Source: a virus
Strand: one strand, 5' to 3'
DNA: 64,000 nucleotides
IMG/VR virus record: IMGVR_UViG_3300032288_005197
Location: 1 to 64,000 of that record
The position numbers were made by a program, and so were the translations under genes. Shown in pieces: positions 19,424-30,031 of this stretch. The stretch's first letter is position 1; each line of letters begins with the position of its first letter. The notes beneath the pieces were generated by a model. It ran no database searches. It was not told where the DNA came from and saw nothing but the letters and a program-made list of their open reading frames with translations.

Positions 19424-20022
19424 TAACCGTTAATTTTATTTTTTAACAAAGTTGAAAGAAGCTTAGTTCTTGAAATTGGATCAGGGCAATCTTCTTTTTT
19501 AATCGATGTAACTCCTGAACCAAATACGACCTTTCCATTTGCTATCTTGACCGACGTGTCCTTGGCTGCAGTAGTCGGAGCGACCGCCGTTCCGTATTTA
19601 GTTGCTAAATAGTCAAGACGCTTTTGATCCTGCTTAGTAGCAGGCTTAATGAATTGAGGTTTCTTCTTCTTTCTGGTTGAGGTTGTCCAATTATTATCTG
19701 ATCCATTTAATCTATCTGGATTAGATAGCATTGCCGATAGTACTGAACCGTCAGGTAGTTTAAGGATGTCATTCACATCAATTGCAAATGGATTTGAAAT
19801 TCCATTGTATTTCAGTAAAAGACATAAAAGACTTGAAGTCTGATAAAATATTTTAGAAATTAAATCACCTCTCATCTGTAATCCATCTTCAACGATATAT
19901 GTTTTACCTTGATTTACAGTTACTCCCCTAAACGAAACGCTTCTCCTAGTTAGGTCAACCACCGAATCTCCGTTAGTTTTGGTAAAGCTTATCTTTTTTC
20001 CAAGTATTGCAAGTTCTATCAT
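19423..20022 (-). CDS. Baseplate wedge gp53-like (LysM-like)
   Basis: MRGDLISKIFY..LLKYNGISNPF..DILKLP. Confidence 0.7.
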   Translation of the reverse strand: MIELAILGKKISFTKTNGDSVVDLTRRSVSFRGVTVNQGKTYIVEDGLQMRGDLISKIFYQTSSLLCLLLKYNGISNPFAIDVNDILKLPDGSVLSAMLSNPDRLNGSDNNWTTSTRKKKKPQFIKPATKQDQKRLDYLATKYGTAVAPTTAAKDTSVKIANGKVVFGSGVTSIKKEDCPDPISRTKLLSTLLKNKING

Positions 20023-20028
20023 GTTTGA

Positions 20029-22038
20029 TTAGTTATTTCCGTATTGGCGCTGATAGTACAATAATAACAAGCTATCGTCCAATTTACTCTTGTCTGATGC
20101 AGCCGTGAAATTATTCCCAACCTTGTCAAATCCATAGCCTGTCAAGAATCTATCCCTAAACGATTGGTATGCCTGTTTCTTTCCAGGTTCAAGGTCAGAG
20201 TATACTTTGCCTAGCTTATCTGGAGTAGTTTCAGAGTTAGTTAAAGAATTCCAAACTTTATTATTTTGTTCTCCAAACGTATCATCGGCTGAAGAAGTTC
20301 TAAGAGCTCCAGCGGTCAATTTAGTTTGACCATGGTTCAGCATTCTTTCAATTGCAGTTTTATCTCTAGGCTTTCCTTGTCTTAATGTGACCGTGAACAT
20401 TACACCGGTTGGAAAATCATCCGGTCCAAGCTCATCATCCCATACCATTTTAACGTCTGAACAGAGTAGATCTCCCATTACAAATATGGGGTTCATTGGA
20501 TTTCCAACAACTATATGCCACTCGCCAACCGGTCTATCTGACAACGCTGACTTAATTGAAATTAGGTCCGGAATTGTTCCGCCCAGCAAATCAGGTCTCA
20601 TTAATCCAGTCTGTAAAACTTTTTGTCCAACTCCAAGCGGATCTGACACGATTTTACTGCCGGCCAATTTTACTGCGCCCACTAGATTTGCCCAAATTGT
20701 ACCGAATTCTTGTGAGTTATTACCAGCATGAGTTGAACCCCAGCTGGTCAAAATATTACCGATTGCCTCAGTTGTGGTAGGATCGAATTTTATTCCAAGC
20801 TTAGGAAAGTATCTTGCAAGCTGACCCAAGAATTGAGCATCTTGATATGTTAAGTTCATGAAGTTTGAAATAATATCAAGAGCAGCGATTTTCGGGCTCA
20901 TTCCATTGAATGATCTAAACGTGTAATGAAATTTCAAAACAATAGGATTTGACTCCCAGCCGGTTTGAATTCCTCGCTCTCTTCGAGTCGACTTGGTTAT
21001 CACGTTTACTGGTCCATATATTCTATTCCAATAAGGCCCGCTAGTTTGATCGTATAGATTCCTTTGATACCTCTGGATTTTTTCCTCGTATCCTGAAGCT
21101 TGCTGCATTTGTGCATCTGTTCCAACTGTTCCAACATACGCAGCTGTGATCGCTGACGCAATTTGATCTCCACCGGTTCCAACCTTTTTGACTAGATTCA
21201 ATAATTCGTTCAATGTAATCTCATTACCTTCAATCGTTTGACCAGTTGATCCGTCTACTGCATTAATTGTAGTCCATGGAATGTCCCAGTTGAAGACTCC
21301 AAGACTATTTAAAGTATTAGCAGTATCACCTCCGAACCAGGTAACTGCCTGTGCGACCGGTATAGCATTTCGACGCTCTCCACCAAGCCTCAATGAATCT
21401 CCTATCGGAAAAGGATACCTACGTAACGTGACCAATCGGTTGTTTGGAATTTTTCCGTAGTACTTACAATACATGAAATCAGTATATGAATATGGCTGAA
21501 AGCCTACAGAGGTTGATGCCGATACTTTCGAGCCCCAATCAATTAATCGGTTGGCAGTAGGGTTTGAGAGAACATCTGTTGAATTTTTGCTAAAATTCCT
21601 AGCCGCTGCTGAGACTGCACCCTCGCTGTTCTGATAAAACTTGATTCTAGCTTCAATATCTTTTACAAGAGCGTCCTTGCCTCTTCTAGCAGCGCTATTT
21701 TTTGCGTTTTGCAGAGCTGTTATTCTAAGTAAACTGTTTGCTTGAGACGCAGCTGTGTATTCTTGGTCAGATTTCAATTGACTTGAAAATCCAATAAAGT
21801 GCCCTTCTGCTCGATACGAGGCGCCTGCGTTTAGTGGAGCGTATTGAAACACCGTGAACTTGTTCATTATTGAACTCACGTTGTGTTGTAAGAAACCTTG
21901 GTCGTTTGGAGCAAGTAAAGAGTCACTAGCTTCAAATGGAGTCTTTGCTTCCATTCCGGCTAGCGCTTCCATGTAGTTGACTCCCGCGAACGCTTGTGTT
22001 ATCAATAGAGAATTAATATCTGCTGCCATTAAATGCAA
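20029..22038 (-). CDS. Putative baseplate structural protein
   Basis: Heads the baseplate operon; late motif at 22050-22057; GEWHIVVGNPMNPI..LGPDDFPT. Confidence 0.6.
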   Translation of the reverse strand: MHLMAADINSLLITQAFAGVNYMEALAGMEAKTPFEASDSLLAPNDQGFLQHNVSSIMNKFTVFQYAPLNAGASYRAEGHFIGFSSQLKSDQEYTAASQANSLLRITALQNAKNSAARRGKDALVKDIEARIKFYQNSEGAVSAAARNFSKNSTDVLSNPTANRLIDWGSKVSASTSVGFQPYSYTDFMYCKYYGKIPNNRLVTLRRYPFPIGDSLRLGGERRNAIPVAQAVTWFGGDTANTLNSLGVFNWDIPWTTINAVDGSTGQTIEGNEITLNELLNLVKKVGTGGDQIASAITAAYVGTVGTDAQMQQASGYEEKIQRYQRNLYDQTSGPYWNRIYGPVNVITKSTRRERGIQTGWESNPIVLKFHYTFRSFNGMSPKIAALDIISNFMNLTYQDAQFLGQLARYFPKLGIKFDPTTTEAIGNILTSWGSTHAGNNSQEFGTIWANLVGAVKLAGSKIVSDPLGVGQKVLQTGLMRPDLLGGTIPDLISIKSALSDRPVGEWHIVVGNPMNPIFVMGDLLCSDVKMVWDDELGPDDFPTGVMFTVTLRQGKPRDKTAIERMLNHGQTKLTAGALRTSSADDTFGEQNNKVWNSLTNSETTPDKLGKVYSDLEPGKKQAYQSFRDRFLTGYGFDKVGNNFTAASDKSKLDDSLLLLYYQRQYGNN

Positions 22039-22067
22039 ATCATTTTAGTTTATTTATCGCAGAAAAT

Positions 22068-22093
22068 AAAAAAGGAAGACTTGAGGTCTTCCT
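22068..22093 (-). terminator. Intrinsic terminator
   Basis: AGGAAGAC-TTGAG-GTCTTCCT with a U-run on the minus strand. Confidence 0.8.
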
Positions 22094-22120
22094 ACTATCG
22101 GTATTATATGGTCAGGCGAA

Positions 22121-22672
22121 TTACCATCCTCCAATCGTGAACTCGTAACTAAATTGACTAGCGTCAAATGACTTATTCATGTGAATTTCGACCGAAGTCG
22201 GCTCAATCGGAAAATGCTGTTTTGCATTGTCCCATTCAAATCTATCTCCGATGTTATCGTCGATCATTTCAATGAAAGTGTTCACCGATTCGTCGTTAGC
22301 TTCATCCCAGGTCTCAATATCAATCACCAATTTCATTCGTTTAGGAATGAATAACATGGTTTGAACACCAGAATCGTCCCACACTATTATTATATCGTAT
22401 TCAAGTTCCAGTTTGTGAGCTGACACGTATTCAATCTCAGTTGCACTGGCAAATCCCATTGCCCTAAGTTCAGCTTGCTCTTCCTTTGATATTCCCGGAT
22501 CTTCGTTGTCTATTGTGTCAGGATTGTCATACAGGCTAACTTCACTACGCTCGAATGTCTTTTTAAAAATTTCAGGCTTTCGATATTGGTATTGCGACCA
22601 CTTAAGTTGATCTGGCCCTTTATATGATTCAGTTATCAAGTAAGACCTAAATGATTCGGTTGCCTTTGACAT
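22121..22672 (-). CDS. Hypothetical acidic protein, putative internal head protein
   Basis: ESFRSYLITE and ELRAMGF motifs. Confidence 0.6.
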   Translation of the reverse strand: MSKATESFRSYLITESYKGPDQLKWSQYQYRKPEIFKKTFERSEVSLYDNPDTIDNEDPGISKEEQAELRAMGFASATEIEYVSAHKLELEYDIIIVWDDSGVQTMLFIPKRMKLVIDIETWDEANDESVNTFIEMIDDNIGDRFEWDNAKQHFPIEPTSVEIHMNKSFDASQFSYEFTIGGW

Positions 22673-23016
22673 TACTTTATTAGATTTTCTCTTTTCATCA
22701 GATCCGCAAATGACATTGCGTATCTTTCATTAATTCTCTTTTTGCTAGATCTGCTTGTTTTTTCAGCAGCCGCTTTTCTGCTTTTTATCAGTTCAATATT
22801 GTCAGAATACAGACCTGGAACAACATTGATTCGTTCCCCATTGTATTCAATAGGTTCATCCAGCTCAACTTCAAATCGATCGACGTCAGGCTCGTAGTTG
22901 TTTTGATAGATCTCTGAAATGGTACCCGTAGTACCATCGACCATTTCAATGACGCCATTTTGTAGCTCTTCAGCGTCCGCCTTAATCATAATTCTGTCTC
23001 CGATTGAGAATTTCAT
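22672..23016 (-). CDS. Hypothetical protein, SH3/KOW-like beta barrel
   Basis: KFSIGDRIMIK..GTTGTISEI..FEVELD. Confidence 0.55.
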   Translation of the reverse strand: MKFSIGDRIMIKADAEELQNGVIEMVDGTTGTISEIYQNNYEPDVDRFEVELDEPIEYNGERINVVPGLYSDNIELIKSRKAAAEKTSRSSKKRINERYAMSFADLMKRENLIK

Positions 23017-23282
23017 GCTGGTTCCTTTTTAATTTTTAAAGTTAGTGTACCGGTTCCCTTAATTAGACGATGCCATTCATGTCTTGGAATCAGTATAGTA
23101 TTATTTAACGAGGTCGGTAGTGCATTATCCAATTGGATCATCCAGTCCGTCTCATTTTCTGAAATTATTTCCCTAGCCTCATCATCACGGTGCCACTTTA
23201 ACTCTATTGGATCAATCGTTTGAGAAAATTCTCTAATCAGAACCCCATTCTCTTCCTTGAGATTAGTGTATGGCTTTTCCAT
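23013..23282 (-). CDS. Small cupin-like protein
   Basis: WHRD..IPRHEWHRLIKG. Confidence 0.55.
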   Translation of the reverse strand: MEKPYTNLKEENGVLIREFSQTIDPIELKWHRDDEAREIISENETDWMIQLDNALPTSLNNTILIPRHEWHRLIKGTGTLTLKIKKEPA

Positions 23283-23283
23283 A

Positions 23284-24249
23284 TTACCAAAAGCCTGGGT
23301 AAGTTTTGCCTCCCCATAAATGAGCGTATCGGTTAATTCTGCATGCCCAATAGCCAGCTTTCATTCTGTCGTTTTTTAGGTGACATTGATGTCTTGCTGC
23401 AAAACTTTTACGTGCTTTAGGATTACTTACCTTGGCAGTTAATCCTCCATGTACATCACCGAACGCGATCTTTTTAACTCTTTTTGTTTTCGGATTCATG
23501 ACATACACGTAGTACTTCTTTGTTCCGCCACGCATGGGTTTTCCGATCTCGACCTTCTTTCCATTGTATTCTGCTTCAAACAAAAAATCCAATGGAACAA
23601 TTTCTCCTCGATACTCACCAAATCTTCCAAGGTCGGTCTCTTCGAATAGAATCTGGTCGATCCCAGTAAGTTCAATTTCTCCTCGGTCGTATGCCGTTCT
23701 AGCTTCAGCCAGAAGTTCAAAATGAGCTTGACTTGCAGGTCGATACACTGACTCTGCTATTGAGATACCTTCGTTGATGTGATAAAGTAGGCTTTCAGAC
23801 ATCGGGTCAAGATCCGGATTTGGAATTTTATTCCATGATCTTTCAGCATTAACTCCTCTTCCTCTAGCCAGTTTAATCTCATGGGCTACTTGTTTTAGAT
23901 ACACTAAGGCTTCTTCATAGTCCCCACTACTCATTAATTCATCGATCTCTTCAGCCTCTTCTTTATCTAGTTTTGCCATGTAAACGACTGCATGCCTTTG
24001 AGCATTGAATTGACATCTCATTGCCATCATGCCTACCGTATGATTAAATTCCTTTGTAACAGAATCACTATCTTCCTTTGAAATGATTCCCATGTCAAGT
24101 AGTTCAGTAGCCGCTTCCATTTCAACATCGCTCGGAGCCTTCATGAATGACTCTAGACCTTTACAATCGGCAATACCATAGTACCATTCAGCTTGTGAAT
24201 TTCTAAATGATTCATTGAATTGGCCAAATGATTTTACGAGTCCTTTCAT
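23284..24249 (-). CDS. Modular hypothetical virion protein
   Basis: VKSFGQFNE start; basic C-terminal domain KKIAFGD..ARKSFAARHQC..AGYWAC. Confidence 0.65.
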   Translation of the reverse strand: MKGLVKSFGQFNESFRNSQAEWYYGIADCKGLESFMKAPSDVEMEAATELLDMGIISKEDSDSVTKEFNHTVGMMAMRCQFNAQRHAVVYMAKLDKEEAEEIDELMSSGDYEEALVYLKQVAHEIKLARGRGVNAERSWNKIPNPDLDPMSESLLYHINEGISIAESVYRPASQAHFELLAEARTAYDRGEIELTGIDQILFEETDLGRFGEYRGEIVPLDFLFEAEYNGKKVEIGKPMRGGTKKYYVYVMNPKTKRVKKIAFGDVHGGLTAKVSNPKARKSFAARHQCHLKNDRMKAGYWACRINRYAHLWGGKTYPGFW

Positions 24250-24254
24250 ATAGA

Positions 24255-24890
24255 TTATTCTCTAGTTAATGTACCTCCGCACTCACATAAATCGCCTTCG
24301 TTGATGACTGCTGCCTCATAAGAGATTCCACATTCATTACATTTGTAACTTCCATCGGCCATGTATTCTGCATTACCTGGATTATCTGAGAATCTACCAT
24401 TGTGCTCAGAACGCTCTTTCCCAGAAGAGTCTTTATCTTTAGGGCCAAAGTTCTTTAGTCTAGCTAAACTCTCGGCTCTTGCTTTAGGATCATAATCTCT
24501 CATAGTTCCTTTTACGTTTGTGTGAGGTGCTGATAAAATATCTCTATCATGAATACCTTCTTCAACTTCCTCAGTCATTTCACCGATTAAGAAGTTAGCA
24601 ACCTCTTCCATATCGTCCTTTGAAGTAGCGATATGATCTACTGCCCAGCTGTGTCCATTCTTTAAAATTTGATCAACCTTTAACGGATCCATTTTTAACA
24701 TGATCTCTGCTAATCTATGAACGGTTTCCAAGTTTCCAAAGAACATGTAGTTCTCAGTTTCATGATGATCATCATGGTCGATTTTAGCGGCTGGATGTTG
24801 CTGCATATCCGCGTTTGGTGCCTGGTGAGGCATCATGTCTTGGTCTTCATGACCATTAAAAAAACTTTCGAATGTTTTAACAATTCTCAT
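24255..24890 (-). CDS. Hypothetical protein with C-terminal Cys cluster
   Basis: IVKTFESF start; NYMFFGNL..GHSWAVDHI domain; CNEC..CEC. Confidence 0.6.
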   Translation of the reverse strand: MRIVKTFESFFNGHEDQDMMPHQAPNADMQQHPAAKIDHDDHHETENYMFFGNLETVHRLAEIMLKMDPLKVDQILKNGHSWAVDHIATSKDDMEEVANFLIGEMTEEVEEGIHDRDILSAPHTNVKGTMRDYDPKARAESLARLKNFGPKDKDSSGKERSEHNGRFSDNPGNAEYMADGSYKCNECGISYEAAVINEGDLCECGGTLTRE

Positions 24891-24894
24891 TTTA

Positions 24895-26460
24895 TTATCT
24901 GTTATTTTGTTCTTTTATAAAATCTGCGAAGCCCAATACTAATGAAGATTTCTTCTTTTTCCCTTTGGTATTTCCGCCAAGCGAAACGAATTTGTCTCCT
25001 GAGCCTATCGTATTTTGAGTCGGTGGAGTTATCGGGCCCATTGATCCGATTGAACCTGGAACCTGTGGAGTTACTCCAGGAGCTTCGCCTTCCTCAGTGA
25101 CCGCTTTCGGTTTAGGTTCGTCAACTACTGACGTGTCTAGAATAAAGAGTCTAGTGAAAGCATCAGCTTTCATTTCACCTTCTCTACCCTTGACTGCTTT
25201 ACCAATAGTTTTACCGACCGTATTCAAAGTTTTAGCGTACAGATCATGAACGTGTTTGCCTGTTCTGGCAAAAGCCTGACCTGTTGCCGTGTTCCCGGTA
25301 GTATCTGCTCCAAATACAAGGCCCATTAAAGCCTGTGAAGCCTTTCTGAATTTCATTATCTTTGTATCGTCAGCTATCTGCTTTCCAGTTACTGGAAGAA
25401 CCGTTCTTTCGTATAAAGGTAGTTTTTTATTGAAGTCGTAATGGATTCCTTTGTATTTCTTTGTCTCAAATTCTTTGCTCTTAGCTCTTTCAATAAGACT
25501 CTTTTGAATTCCTTCTACCATTCTAGCTAAGTACTCCTTGGCTTCATCAGACACGTCTGGAAATCCATTGATGCTTACCTTTAAGGCATTCGCTTCCCTA
25601 ATGATGTCCGCCTCATTTGTCCAGTTTGTGTACTGGAACTGAAAGATTCTTCTAATTATTGATGCTGTGTTTTTATTAATGAACACTCCGCTCTTAAGTT
25701 CAGCTGAGGTGCCGGTTCCTAACTTTGCATCAATTTTTTTCTCGTATTCGGTATTTGCTGCTTGAATTCCATCGGTAAGTTCATCTGACATATCGTCAGT
25801 GATTACTTCGGCCGTGTGTATTGCATTAAATACTTCTCCGGCTGCTTCTCTTTGAGCATCTTCGGTATCAGCTTGTTCAAATTTAGAGTAGGCCTGTTTT
25901 GCCTTATCTGCTGGAATTTTAACCTTTAATGAGAAAGCTTCAGCCAAATCCTCTTGAACTTGTTTAATTTTTTCATAGATTTCTCCACTGAATTCGGTGT
26001 TTCCCTTAGTGTCTAGCTTAGCATACACCTTTTCCAGAACGTGAATCCTTGAAACGAACGTGAGAATTTTACGGCTAATCTCTTCGATTTCAACCTCATT
26101 GATCTCCTTCTTAGATAGAGCCTCTTCTAGATTCTTACGAAATTCTTTGACTCTTTCGGTTAAGTAATTAAAATAACTATCTAGAACAGCCTTCATTTTT
26201 GGATTACCGAAGTACTTTTCAAATGCCGGATCGTCTAATTTTGAGTTTAGATCATCTTCTCCCATTGCAAAAAGGGCATCCAATAATCTATTCAACATTT
26301 CATTAGTATCCTCTTTCTTCTTTCCATCCTCACTTCCGGATTTCTTGTCTTTGTCCACAAGATTGTCCATCTGACCTCCGATCTGGATGATGTCAGCTTC
26401 TAGGATCAGGCTCTGAATTGCCTGCAGTCTTTTTACTTTTAAAAACATATTAGGCCTCAA
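24895..26460 (-). CDS. Hypothetical alpha-helical protein
   Basis: 521 aa ORF ending VLGFADFIKE. Confidence 0.6.
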   Translation of the reverse strand: MRPNMFLKVKRLQAIQSLILEADIIQIGGQMDNLVDKDKKSGSEDGKKKEDTNEMLNRLLDALFAMGEDDLNSKLDDPAFEKYFGNPKMKAVLDSYFNYLTERVKEFRKNLEEALSKKEINEVEIEEISRKILTFVSRIHVLEKVYAKLDTKGNTEFSGEIYEKIKQVQEDLAEAFSLKVKIPADKAKQAYSKFEQADTEDAQREAAGEVFNAIHTAEVITDDMSDELTDGIQAANTEYEKKIDAKLGTGTSAELKSGVFINKNTASIIRRIFQFQYTNWTNEADIIREANALKVSINGFPDVSDEAKEYLARMVEGIQKSLIERAKSKEFETKKYKGIHYDFNKKLPLYERTVLPVTGKQIADDTKIMKFRKASQALMGLVFGADTTGNTATGQAFARTGKHVHDLYAKTLNTVGKTIGKAVKGREGEMKADAFTRLFILDTSVVDEPKPKAVTEEGEAPGVTPQVPGSIGSMGPITPPTQNTIGSGDKFVSLGGNTKGKKKKSSLVLGFADFIKEQNNR

Positions 26461-26872
26461 ATTGTAATAAGTATTTAGTCTTGTTGACCAAATCTAAAAT
26501 TTCATCAGTCAAGTTGTATAGTTCTGAATCTTTATCCCTGTCGAATAGCTCGCAGAAAGTTCCTCTGAAGGTTACTTCAACCATGTCAAAAAATTCGCCG
26601 ACTGCCATTTCGTAATCGCATATTTCAATGGCTGCTTCTCCGAACTTCAGCTGGTCCTTTCCGTATTTACCGGCGATCGCTTCAACAATTATGTCCATTT
26701 GATCAATGAATCCCTCGTAAAAAGCACCATAATGGCGATGTTCTCTGTCATAACGAGTCTGCCAGTGAATTATTTTAGCCTGGTCAGCTATTTGCATCAA
26801 CGATAGCATGAAATATGCAATTGATACGTTTTGAGATTCTTCAGCTTCAGGTAGTTCTTCTAATCCAAACAT
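26450..26872 (-). CDS. Ferritin/Dps-like four-helix protein (DUF5856-like)
   Basis: HWQT...EH...FYE..D..VE...GKYG and DEI...NKTKYLL pattern. Confidence 0.65.
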   Translation of the reverse strand: MFGLEELPEAEESQNVSIAYFMLSLMQIADQAKIIHWQTRYDREHRHYGAFYEGFIDQMDIIVEAIAGKYGKDQLKFGEAAIEICDYEMAVGEFFDMVEVTFRGTFCELFDRDKDSELYNLTDEILDLVNKTKYLLQFEA

Positions 26873-27054
26873 TATTTGTTATGTGTTTTTTGTGACTTCT
26901 GCCATTTAGAAAATGGAGTTACCCAAAAATCACGATTCACGTTCTTTTTCAAGTAATCGTAAACGTCATTTCCGGTAGGGTGCTGTAGTACCGCATTACG
27001 TAGAGGTTCTTTGCCCTTGCGGTAATTGTCCAAATTTTTAAACGTGTTTTCCAT
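26872..27054 (-). CDS. Hypothetical protein
   Basis: 60 aa ORF after the late motif at 27060-27067. Confidence 0.5.
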   Translation of the reverse strand: MENTFKNLDNYRKGKEPLRNAVLQHPTGNDVYDYLKKNVNRDFWVTPFSKWQKSQKTHNK

Positions 27055-27104
27055 CTAGGTTATTTATTAAACGTCACCATCATTCTTTCGAGAGAGCTGG
27101 TTAA

Positions 27105-27131
27105 AACTTTATCGCCCGGGTAGATATAATT
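27105..27131 (+). promoter_or_regulatory. AAAC-N17-TATAAT promoter
   Basis: AAAC TTTATCGCCCGGGTAGA TATAAT upstream of 27158. Confidence 0.6.
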
Positions 27132-27157
27132 AATAAACATAAAAACTGTAATTACTG

Positions 27158-28729
27158 ATGAAGTTTGAAGAATTAACAAAGGAACAGGTATTACTAATTT
27201 CTGAAATTTACTGGAACAAAGAGCTAAGCTGGGACGATCGAATGAAACAGCTTAGTGACTATTTAGACAAATCGGAAAGAACTGTTCAAAAATGGTTAGC
27301 TAAGCTTGGAATAACCGAGAGCTCTGTTCAAGAGTCTCCGCAATTAATAAAGGCTAGGGAACGAAAGTTCGATAAGAAAAAGAAAAAATTTCTAATCACT
27401 TGGGCACAAAACGACACACCAGTTCATGAAGCTTTCGTTTGTAACTTGGAGGCCTATGCTAAAGAGATCAATGCTGACATTCATGTGATCGCCGGTCGGT
27501 ACAAAAATCCAACATCGGTTTTTACCGATAAGAACTATGAAACTTGGGCTGATCGCATTTTAGATTATCTAGATGCAAATCGTCATGAACTTCATAAGCA
27601 CATGTGGATCATGTCGGACGTAAAGATTCAACCGACCGCCGTTGACCCAATGACCGGTTTACAGGGAATGAGCGGAATCAATTCCTGCGTTTTTGGCTCT
27701 CCCAAAGTACATTTAGAAACAATTCCGGTACTTGAGGGTAATTTACCAAAAATGATGTTAACGACTGGTGCTTGCACCGTCAAGAATTACACCGACTCGA
27801 AGTCCGGTAAAAAGGGAGAGTTCCATCACACTCTTGGATTTGCAATCGTTGAAATCAAAAACTCAGAAGTGTTTTTTGTTCGTCAAGTAACAGCAACTGA
27901 GGACGGAAATTTCTATGATCTTAACTATAGAGTTGAGTACGACACGGACTCTTTTGAGAGTGCTGTTTCTAAAAATTCAGAAGTGTCAGCTGCCATTCTT
28001 GGAGATCTCCATTACGGCCAGCACGATCAAAGAGTGATTGATAAAACTCTAAATCTTTTCAAGGTTCTAAAACCTGATCACGTAGTCCTACATGACGTGT
28101 TTGATGGGTTATCAATAAATCATCACGAAAGCAAAGATCCATTCATCCAATATCAGAGAGAAATTGACGGATCCAACCGACTGCGTTGGGAGATCGATTC
28201 AATGCTTTCCGGGCTGGAAGATTTTAAAGAGTACGACGTGACCATCGTTAGAAGTAATCACGATGACTTTTTGGACAGATGGCTAAAGAGCACAGATTGG
28301 CGAAAAGCTACCACTCTTAAAAATTCGCTAGAGTACATGGAGTTTAGTACCCTTCTCTTAAAGGGCGAAGCTCCAAATGGAATCATACCTTACTTAATCA
28401 AGCAAAAATTTCCAAAGTTTAGGACCTTAGGCCGAAGCGATAGCTTTGTTGTTAACGGCTGGGAGCTCGGTCAACATGGAGATATTGGATCAAACGGTTC
28501 ACGCGGGTCTCTGTTACAATTTAGGAAGTTAAATACTAAAGTAGTAGTTGGCCATTACCATTCACCAGGCAGAAAGGACGGAGCATTAGCTGTCGGAACT
28601 TCAACTCTGCTGAGAGTCAATTATAACGTAGGCCCTAGCGGTTGGTTACAATCTCATGTGATCATCCATAAGGACGGAAAAGCACAACACATAAATTTCA
28701 TTAAGGGCGAATTTACGACCTTATTTTAA
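27158..28729 (+). CDS. HTH plus calcineurin-like metallophosphoesterase (T5 A1-like)
   Basis: N-terminal HTH (KSERTVQKW); AQNDTPVH, KGEFHH, GDLH, HDVFDG, SNHD, HGD, GHYHS. Confidence 0.7.
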   Translation: MKFEELTKEQVLLISEIYWNKELSWDDRMKQLSDYLDKSERTVQKWLAKLGITESSVQESPQLIKARERKFDKKKKKFLITWAQNDTPVHEAFVCNLEAYAKEINADIHVIAGRYKNPTSVFTDKNYETWADRILDYLDANRHELHKHMWIMSDVKIQPTAVDPMTGLQGMSGINSCVFGSPKVHLETIPVLEGNLPKMMLTTGACTVKNYTDSKSGKKGEFHHTLGFAIVEIKNSEVFFVRQVTATEDGNFYDLNYRVEYDTDSFESAVSKNSEVSAAILGDLHYGQHDQRVIDKTLNLFKVLKPDHVVLHDVFDGLSINHHESKDPFIQYQREIDGSNRLRWEIDSMLSGLEDFKEYDVTIVRSNHDDFLDRWLKSTDWRKATTLKNSLEYMEFSTLLLKGEAPNGIIPYLIKQKFPKFRTLGRSDSFVVNGWELGQHGDIGSNGSRGSLLQFRKLNTKVVVGHYHSPGRKDGALAVGTSTLLRVNYNVGPSGWLQSHVIIHKDGKAQHINFIKGEFTTLF

Positions 28730-28744
28730 ATAACCCAGCACTAA

Positions 28745-30031
28745 ATGATAGATTCATCAAACATTCAAACTCTTGTAGGAAACCATGTAGCTCCTTACAT
28801 TTACAACTCAAAAGAGTTTATTCCAGGAAAAACTCCAATTTATTACTCAGGGCCTTATTGGGACAATCGCGAAATCGAAGCTGCGATAAATGCTTTCGTA
28901 AACGGAAAATGGATAACTACTGGAGAGAATGTTTTCAAGTTCGAAAGAGCTTTTTCTCGTAGATTCAATGTGAAACATTCGCTAATGGTGAACTCAGGTT
29001 CTTCCGCTAATCTTGTGTTAATCACCGCTCTAAAAACTAGATTCGGTTGGCAAGATGAGGATGAGGTAATCGTTTCACCAGTTGGATTTCCAACTACAAT
29101 CTCTGTGCTTTACCAGAATCGACTTACCCCAGTGTTCGTTGATATTGAATGGGATACTCTTAACTTTGATGTTGATAAAATCGAAGAGAAGATCACTCCA
29201 AGAACAAAGGCAATTTTTGTTTCCCCAGTATTAGGTAATCCTCCTAACTTCGATAAACTAATTGAACTTTGCGAAAAACACAATCTGCAACTAGTTGGAG
29301 ATAATTGTGATAGCTTAGGTTCAAAATGGAAAGGTAAATATCTCAATGAGTATTATGTTGCATTTTCAAATTCATTTTATCCAGCTCACCACATTTCGAC
29401 GGGTGAGGGCGGAATGGTTTGTACAAACGACGATGAACTTAAAAAGATAATGACTAGCGTTGCTTGGTGGGGTAGAGACTGCTATTGCGTAGGTTCTGCC
29501 AATCTTTTAGCGTGTGGAACTTGTGGAAAAAGATTCGATAAATGGTTGGACTCCTATGACGGAATAATTGATCACAAGTACGTGTTCTCAAATATGGGAT
29601 ATAACTTAAAGCCACTAGACCTTCAAGGCGCAATCGGAACTGAGCAGTTGCTTAAGATCGATGAGATTGAAACTAATCGTAAGGCATCAAAATCTAGACT
29701 TGAAAAAATATTTTTGGAAAATATCCCTGGGATCAAAGCAGTTGCTAGTCTAGACGACTCTGATGCTTGCTGGTTCGGAACACCTTTCATTTGTGAAGAG
29801 CCTGGACTAAAGCATCGTTTGGTTCAGTATCTAGAAGATAATAAGATCCAAACTAGAAACTATTTTGCAGGTAATATCTTATTACACCCTGGGTACTCTC
29901 ACTTGGGAGATTCCAATGATTTCCCTGAATCAAATAAAGTGCTAGACAAAGTATTCTTCATTGGAGCAGCACCTCACTACACAGAACCGGTATTTGAATA
30001 CGTTGAACAAGTCATAAAGAATTTTAAATGA
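28745..30031 (+). CDS. rfbH: CDP-4-keto-6-deoxyglucose 3-dehydratase (RfbH/DdhC, DegT family)
   Basis: NSGSSANL, DNCDSLG, SFYPAHHISTGEGG (His in place of Lys), WGRDCYC..C Fe-S motif, DHKY..GYNLK. Confidence 0.88.
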   Translation: MIDSSNIQTLVGNHVAPYIYNSKEFIPGKTPIYYSGPYWDNREIEAAINAFVNGKWITTGENVFKFERAFSRRFNVKHSLMVNSGSSANLVLITALKTRFGWQDEDEVIVSPVGFPTTISVLYQNRLTPVFVDIEWDTLNFDVDKIEEKITPRTKAIFVSPVLGNPPNFDKLIELCEKHNLQLVGDNCDSLGSKWKGKYLNEYYVAFSNSFYPAHHISTGEGGMVCTNDDELKKIMTSVAWWGRDCYCVGSANLLACGTCGKRFDKWLDSYDGIIDHKYVFSNMGYNLKPLDLQGAIGTEQLLKIDEIETNRKASKSRLEKIFLENIPGIKAVASLDDSDACWFGTPFICEEPGLKHRLVQYLEDNKIQTRNYFAGNILLHPGYSHLGDSNDFPESNKVLDKVFFIGAAPHYTEPVFEYVEQVIKNFK

